Positions 58,638 to 64,000 of a stretch of DNA of 64,000 nt are shown here, in pieces. The position numbers and the translations under genes were made by a program. The stretch comes from Protoeuglena noctilucae (lineage: Eukaryota): assembly GCA_958009085.1 (NCBI GenBank), contig OY253680.1, positions 868,001 to 932,000 of the forward strand. Direction: 5' to 3'. The notes beneath the pieces are model-generated. The model was not told the DNA's origin. It worked only from the letters and a program-made list of their open reading frames with translations, and ran no database searches. How positions within the stretch are numbered: the stretch's first letter is position 1; each line of letters starts with the position of its first letter.

Positions 58638-58934
58638 GTCTCATGTGCCTGGGGTGGCAGCCCCGGGCAAGCTGTCTGCTGAGCTGCTCCCAGCCACACG
58701 GCAAGTAGCGACACACAGTCATGCGACCCGTTGCTTCAACTCTAGTATGCACGTGCACCCTTGCACCATGCCTGAGGGGTCGATGGCTACATAGTACTAA
58801 CAACGTCATTGCAGTCGGGCATGCATGCGAGAGGGCCCACCCATGCCCTGGAGGGCGGGAGAGCAATCGTGGATCCAGCAACGACGCCTGCACCGCCACA
58901 CAGCCGCGAATCCGAGGCGGGGAGGGTGGGGCTC
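58638..58934 (+). repeat. Direct repeat, copy 2 (homologous to 54406-54722)
   Basis: Same conserved blocks as copy 1 with scattered substitutions and small indels. Confidence 0.9.
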
Positions 58935-58992
58935 ATTGCTGCACGTATCTCAGTTGTCCGCTTGTTCTGCGTACACAACACGTGTGAAGGGC

Positions 58993-60294
58993 TCACCGAG
59001 CTGCGCGGATGTCACCGTAGTGCCAGTCGCTGCCCTCGACGTCCGCGCCCAGCTCCACCAGGTCGCGGAAAGCGTCGAGGCGATCGTTCGTGACGGCCAT
59101 ATGGAGCGCGGGCAGGCACACATGCAAAGCCTGCACGCTCAGCCCCCGCGCCGCCAGCCACCGCACCACCTCGCCGTTCGCCGCGAAGCGCATAGCATGC
59201 CGATTGTGCATATCGGCGACGGCAATTCCCAGCTCCACCAGGAGCCCCATCATGGCCACATCGCCCCGATCCGCGGCATGACTGAGGGCTGTGATGCCTT
59301 CATCAGAAGGATACTCAGGGTCACCGGGAGCATTGACATCTGCCCCCGCCTCCGCCAGCCGCCTCACGATGCTCAACGTCGTGTGTCCCTCGCACACGGT
59401 CGCCAACGTGCGATCCTCGCCGCCCGGCCCGACCTTAGCTGACGCCCCCGCCTCCAGCAGCGCCTCCACCACTGCCTCATGCCCCCGGTATGCGGCAAAC
59501 ACCAACGCCGTCCACCAGTAGCGATCACCGTACCATCCAACCCAATGCCCTTTACTCTCCAAATCCACCTCCGCCCCCGCTGCCAGGCACGCCTTGACCG
59601 CCTCCAAGCAGCCCCGCCCCGCGCAGTACGTCATCAGCGGCCATGCTCCCTGCAGCCGCCGCTTGACGTCCACTCCCATCGCCAGCGCCCCTCGCACCGC
59701 CCGCGCCACCTCCGCGTTCCCCAGCGCATACGCCCACTCCACCTTGCCATCCGCCCCGCGCCCCACCGGCCGCCGAGCCAGCACTGCCACCGTCAGCGGA
59801 GACTGCTGGAAAGAGACCTTGCGCCATGACATACCGTGCAGGTCCGGCGCCTCCGCCACCAGCACAGCCAGCCACCACAGCCCCAAGCTCGCCAGGTGGT
59901 GCGCGTGGGACCCGCCAAACACATGCACTGCCACCGGACCGCAGTCGAGCTCCATGTCGCGTATGCGTCCCTTAAAGTACTCGCGGAGGTCGTTTCCAGT
60001 GTCCTCCACCGTCGCCCGGATGCCCCACGCCCTCCACACCTCGTCCACCTCGCCGCGCATCTCTCGCGACACCACCCGCGCCGCCGTCGCGTCGCGCAGG
60101 GGCACCAGCCGCAGGATCTCGCAATGCAGCTCCCCGGGCAGGTCGTCCACCCTGCGCGCGCGATCGGGTCGCGCGGAACGCTGTAATGAGCTGAGCACAG
60201 CGCGCACAGCAGTTGCATCCCCGAGCCCCCTCTGCGCGACTCTCCGACGCGCGGGGCCCCCGGCGTGGCCTCGGGCGCCTGCTTGGTCTTCCAC
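58993..60294 (-). CDS. F-box + ankyrin-repeat protein, single long ORF
   Basis: DDLPGELHCEILRLVP...VVSREM F-box; ankyrin units TALVFAAYRGHEAVVEALLEAGA, TALSHAADRGD, PALHMAVTND. Confidence 0.85.
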   Translation of the reverse strand: MEDQAGARGHAGGPARRRVAQRGLGDATAVRAVLSSLQRSARPDRARRVDDLPGELHCEILRLVPLRDATAARVVSREMRGEVDEVWRAWGIRATVEDTGNDLREYFKGRIRDMELDCGPVAVHVFGGSHAHHLASLGLWWLAVLVAEAPDLHGMSWRKVSFQQSPLTVAVLARRPVGRGADGKVEWAYALGNAEVARAVRGALAMGVDVKRRLQGAWPLMTYCAGRGCLEAVKACLAAGAEVDLESKGHWVGWYGDRYWWTALVFAAYRGHEAVVEALLEAGASAKVGPGGEDRTLATVCEGHTTLSIVRRLAEAGADVNAPGDPEYPSDEGITALSHAADRGDVAMMGLLVELGIAVADMHNRHAMRFAANGEVVRWLAARGLSVQALHVCLPALHMAVTNDRLDAFRDLVELGADVEGSDWHYGDIRAAR

Positions 60295-61318
60295 CTACCC
60301 GCCATCGCACACCGACCTGCGGACACGGGCCCCGCGCGCCGTTATGCTGCCGCAGCACGCATCCCAACAGCAGACGGGGCGCCCGCGGCCTCGACGCCTG
60401 CGCCGGTCCCGCCGCATAGCCGCATGTCCCACTCACGCGTCAATCAGACGCCCCGATCGACCTCAGACGCGCCTCGCACGGACCGCGGGCTGGGTGCAAC
60501 TGCCTTGCGTGTTCCGACCAGCGCAGCACTCTCCGATCGCACGCTCGCGGTTCGCGACTCGCACTCGCACTCGCTTGCCTGCTGCGCGATGTGCGCTGCG
60601 CCTCCCCCTGGCCCCGCGGTCGAGCCCGGCAGCCTGGGGAGGACCCCCGCAGGTGACCTGCTGCAAGACGCGACCAGGCAGCCTGCCGCGGGGTCCCACT
60701 TCCTGCGAAGACCTGGCCACCCCGAGGAGACCTCTCGCGACGTGCCGAGCATCCGCAGCTGCCTCTCGGTCGCCAGCCATCACCAGCCATCACCTTGCGC
60801 GGCATCGCCGACCGTGGCTGCGTTAAGCTACCCAAGGCTGGCGGCCCCGCTCAGCTGTCTGACGGCCGAGACGGCCACGCTGCGGCTTGCTATCCCTGCC
60901 CTCATCTGCTGTCTGAGCCATGGCTGCCAACGACACTGTTCAAAAGGCCCTGTGCGCCACTGCTTGCGCTGAGTAACACCTTCCGCACGCAGCTGTGCTT
61001 GACCTGTCGACCATGCGCCACGCATCCCCGTCTGCCCACTGCGCAAACGCCGCGCTGACGGCCACCAGCTGCGTCGCGTGGGCAGCCACCCAGTGCCTCC
61101 GTGCTGCAAGTGCAGGGCAATTGGCTGCAAGTGAGCTCATGCCAGCTACAGCCACTGCTAAGCTGCGGACCAGTCTCAGCCAATGCCGACACAGGCGCTT
61201 CACCGTGCGCCTCGACAGATGGCCAGGTGTATAGGCACGAGAGGGAATCACCCCCGTCTGAAACTCACCATCTCCATTTGACAGACACTTAGTCTTCAGA
61301 GCAATCGCCAGTTCTCGA

Positions 61319-63003
61319 TCATGCCCGGGTAGACCTGGCGAAGCACTCGGTGATTTCGCCGGGCTCTGGCTCAGCGTCGAACGTCCCAATCAACCGGTAC
61401 TCCTCTGACCCTGGCACGTTGACGCGCTTGTACACCTCCCAGTCACCGCCGTAGGTGTAGCGGAGGGCGCCCCTGCGTTAGCCAGCGGGGGTAGGCGTGG
61501 GCGCGATCCCAGGCACTTGCTGAGGATGGGTGCCGCATCCACGCCCACTGCTCTCCCCGGATGTGCTACGTTCGGTGTTCAATTGAATCAAGCGATATTC
61601 TCACCGGATGGGATAGAAGGTCCCCATGGTGTACAAGAGACGGAAGTGCATGGCGGGGACGAAGGACGCGGCAAAGTCGAGGCGCTCGGCACGGCCACGC
61701 ACTGCGGGGGGCATTAAGTGGGGCTGGGGTGGGTGACATGCACTGCGGGGGGCGTGCGGTGGGGGTGGGGTGGCGGCGACTGGCGGGGGAAGGCTGAGAT
61801 AGTCTCAGTGGGCCCACTTAGCGCACCTGACATGACCCCTCCCGAGGACGGTCGGTCGGTGAGGTTGGGGTTGATAAGCACGATCGGTGCCTTGCCTGCC
61901 GCCTCCCTCATGTCCCTCAGGTCCTCGAAGATGGACGCCCCCACGATGTTCTGGGGAGCGATGATCAGATAGACATCCGAGCCATCCACCTGCGAAGGAG
62001 CGAGATGCACAGGATGTGCGGCAAGGGCACGGCGCGAGAGGCAACAAGGACAGGGAAAGAGAACGACAGCATGCAGCAGTGCCGCCCCGTTGCTGCCTGT
62101 CCAGTCGTCTGCCATGCAGGTCTCACCTGTCCTGCCCCCACGGACCCAAACGACACGAACGGCGCCGCGTCGCCCCAATCCATGACCTCCAGAACTCGCC
62201 GCACGCCCGACAGCGCCAGGGGGAGGCCCTGCAGGGTGGAAAAAGAGCGTGTCACAACGCTACCCACAGGCCATCGGTGGCTCGTCACACTCGCCTGGCC
62301 ATAGCCCTCACCTGGAACACGCCCTTGCCCATCGAGCCCTGGATGCAGACCTTGGTGCGCTTGCCGTCCTCGCTCTGTCCACGACCGGCGAGAGTCATTG
62401 CTTTGGTTCGCACCAAGAGAGCATGACAGCGCGGCATGACACAACATTGCAGCGCTCCTCGCGCCCCCCCACCAGCGTCGTGGCGATCTCCCGCACCATC
62501 TCCAGCACCGTCCCGATGCGGTACACGTCCATCTCCGGATTCGTTTCGGGAATGGTGAGGCGGAGCTTTAGGGCCGTCTCGCCCGCACGCACAGCGCGCT
62601 CCACGGCGCTCGCGGCCTCGTCGTAGAAGAAGCGACGCATCTCACGCGGGTGCGGGACCGTGTTCATCCGAATCGGGAGCTGCCACGTCTCACTGCCGGC
62701 GGAGCTCGGCGACGCGCCCTGAGGGAGGGGAGGGAGGACATCAGGGCTCGTCTCACTCGCGCCTTCCAGGCGATGTCCGACATACAATGATGGGAACGAT
62801 ACAACTCGAACAACGCGTCGCATCGGCGAATGCAGTCCAGTTCGAGCGCGACGGACGCGCCGGGGCTCGCCTCGCCATCCTCCGCCCAGACGCGCTTGCC
62901 CCGCGAAGCCGATGGTCGCGCCCGATGGCCGCGATCCGCAACCACGAACGCACGAGGAAGCGGTCGCGCCACAGCGCGCGTCGCGTGAGCCTGTAGCGCG
63001 CAT
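61319..63003 (-). CDS. DUF1995-domain plastid protein (like the C-terminal domain of plastid adenylate kinase 5)
   Basis: IPETNPEMDVYRIGT.LE, KVCIQGSMGKG, LPLALSG.RR.LE.MDWG, APQNIVG, LINPNL.D.PSSGG.M, FRLLY, GALRY. Confidence 0.8.
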
Positions 63004-63394
63004 GGCGCGGGGAGTCCGATGTGGGACGTCATCGCTGGGCCAGGCGACGCTCCCGGCGAGCAAGTGACTCGTGAGAACAGCCAGACAGTACAGGGCACGT
63101 CATACCAGCCTGGCGATGTGCATTTGACTTGAAAAAGCACTTGCTGGAGGAGGTCTGGCAGGTTAAACAGAGCTTCGCGGCAAAAAGACCCTGAAAATGC
63201 GCCCCTGTCTACGTTCCTTGATGCCTTGCGTGTCCCAATTGCAGCTTCTGCTTCCCCAGTCGCCCTTTCCTCGCCCCGCGTGCACGCGACCCTCCACACG
63301 CTGGCTGTCAAGCAACGTATTTTGAAGGCGCGGGGCCCGACCGCCCCGCCGCTCTCCTGTTGCAGTTCCTCGTACTCTACTCTCGTCGCCGGCG

Positions 63395-64000
63395 ATGTCG
63401 CTGTCCGGGGAGGAGCTCGACCTCCTCCTCGCCATGGCCGCGGCCGACGACGCGCAGGCCGCGGCGGCCCCTCCCGCCCGCGCTACGGACCCGGCGGACG
63501 AGTCCAGGCCATTCCTGCTCCCGGCCGACCCGCCCGAGGCCCCGCGTCCCCGGGCGCGCCCAGGCCTGCCCCCAGCGAGCGAAGCAGGCCCACGCCCCTC
63601 CCGGCCCTTCGGCGACGCGGCCGGTCCCCCCGGCAAGCGCCCCGACCGCACCCCGCGCGAGATATTCAGGGGCTTCCGCGTGGTGCATCCCGCGGTGACC
63701 CCGCTCACGGTCGCGGACCTGTTTGACATTCACTCGTACCAGCCGCTCTCCGTCGTCGGGCAGCTCGGCGCGGGCGCGACGGGGCGATGGGGGACGATGG
63801 GCGTGCTCGTCTCCAAATTGCCGCCCAAGCAGACGGGCAGCGGGCGGCCCTTCAGCGTGTGGCGCGTGCAGGGCCCAGCCCCGAAGGAGTCGCCCGTGAC
63901 AGTCATGCTCTTCGCGGACGCGCACCAGGCGCACTGGCAGACGGAGGAGGGCCAGGTTCTGATTCTCCTGGTGAGGCCGGGCGGCGTGGCGCGGCAGCAC
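63395..64000 (+). CDS. MCM10: MCM10 replication initiation factor, 5' part (runs off the window end)
   Basis: Open frame from ATG 63395 (absent from the ORF track): WGTMGVLVSKLPPKQTGSGRPFSVWRV...VMLFADAHQAHW...GQVL matches the MCM10 OB-fold pattern. Confidence 0.75.
   Translation, partial: MSLSGEELDLLLAMAAADDAQAAAAPPARATDPADESRPFLLPADPPEAPRPRARPGLPPASEAGPRPSRPFGDAAGPPGKRPDRTPREIFRGFRVVHPAVTPLTVADLFDIHSYQPLSVVGQLGAGATGRWGTMGVLVSKLPPKQTGSGRPFSVWRVQGPAPKESPVTVMLFADAHQAHWQTEEGQVLILLVRPGGVARQH

Noticed and set aside
60300..61300. ORFs between the F-box-ankyrin and DUF1995 genes
   Set aside because: No recognisable motifs or consistent exon structure; treated as promoter/UTR sequence.

Overview
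Gene-dense, very GC-rich, intron-rich eukaryotic nuclear DNA, most likely from a flagellated green alga (Chlorophyta). The basis is plastid-targeted genes (protoporphyrinogen oxidase, fibrillin, LTO1/VKOR, DUF3082, alpha-amylase), the axonemal gene CFAP43, TGTAA polyadenylation-type motifs after genes and a TTTAGGG telomere-type repeat. About 22 spliced or partial genes can be read by joining exons by eye; most ORFs in the supplied track are GC-rich shadow ORFs. The most interesting features are: (1) a pseudokinase + RING + IBR/Rcat-type zinc finger + beta-helix gene whose seven 144-nt repeats vary at fixed positions; (2) a large gene built from four homologous beta-helix exons joined by phase-0 introns; (3) degenerate copies of exon ends plus splice sites repeated inside introns of at least three unrelated genes; (4) an AT-richer island with an intact 7-exon EEP-nuclease gene, bounded by a duplicated segment and an interstitial (TTTAGGG)3; (5) a USE+TATA snRNA-type promoter driving a candidate U8/U3-like box C/D RNA; (6) frequent GC-AG introns. 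All family assignments are from motif recognition, not database searches; exon boundaries and some start codons are approximate.
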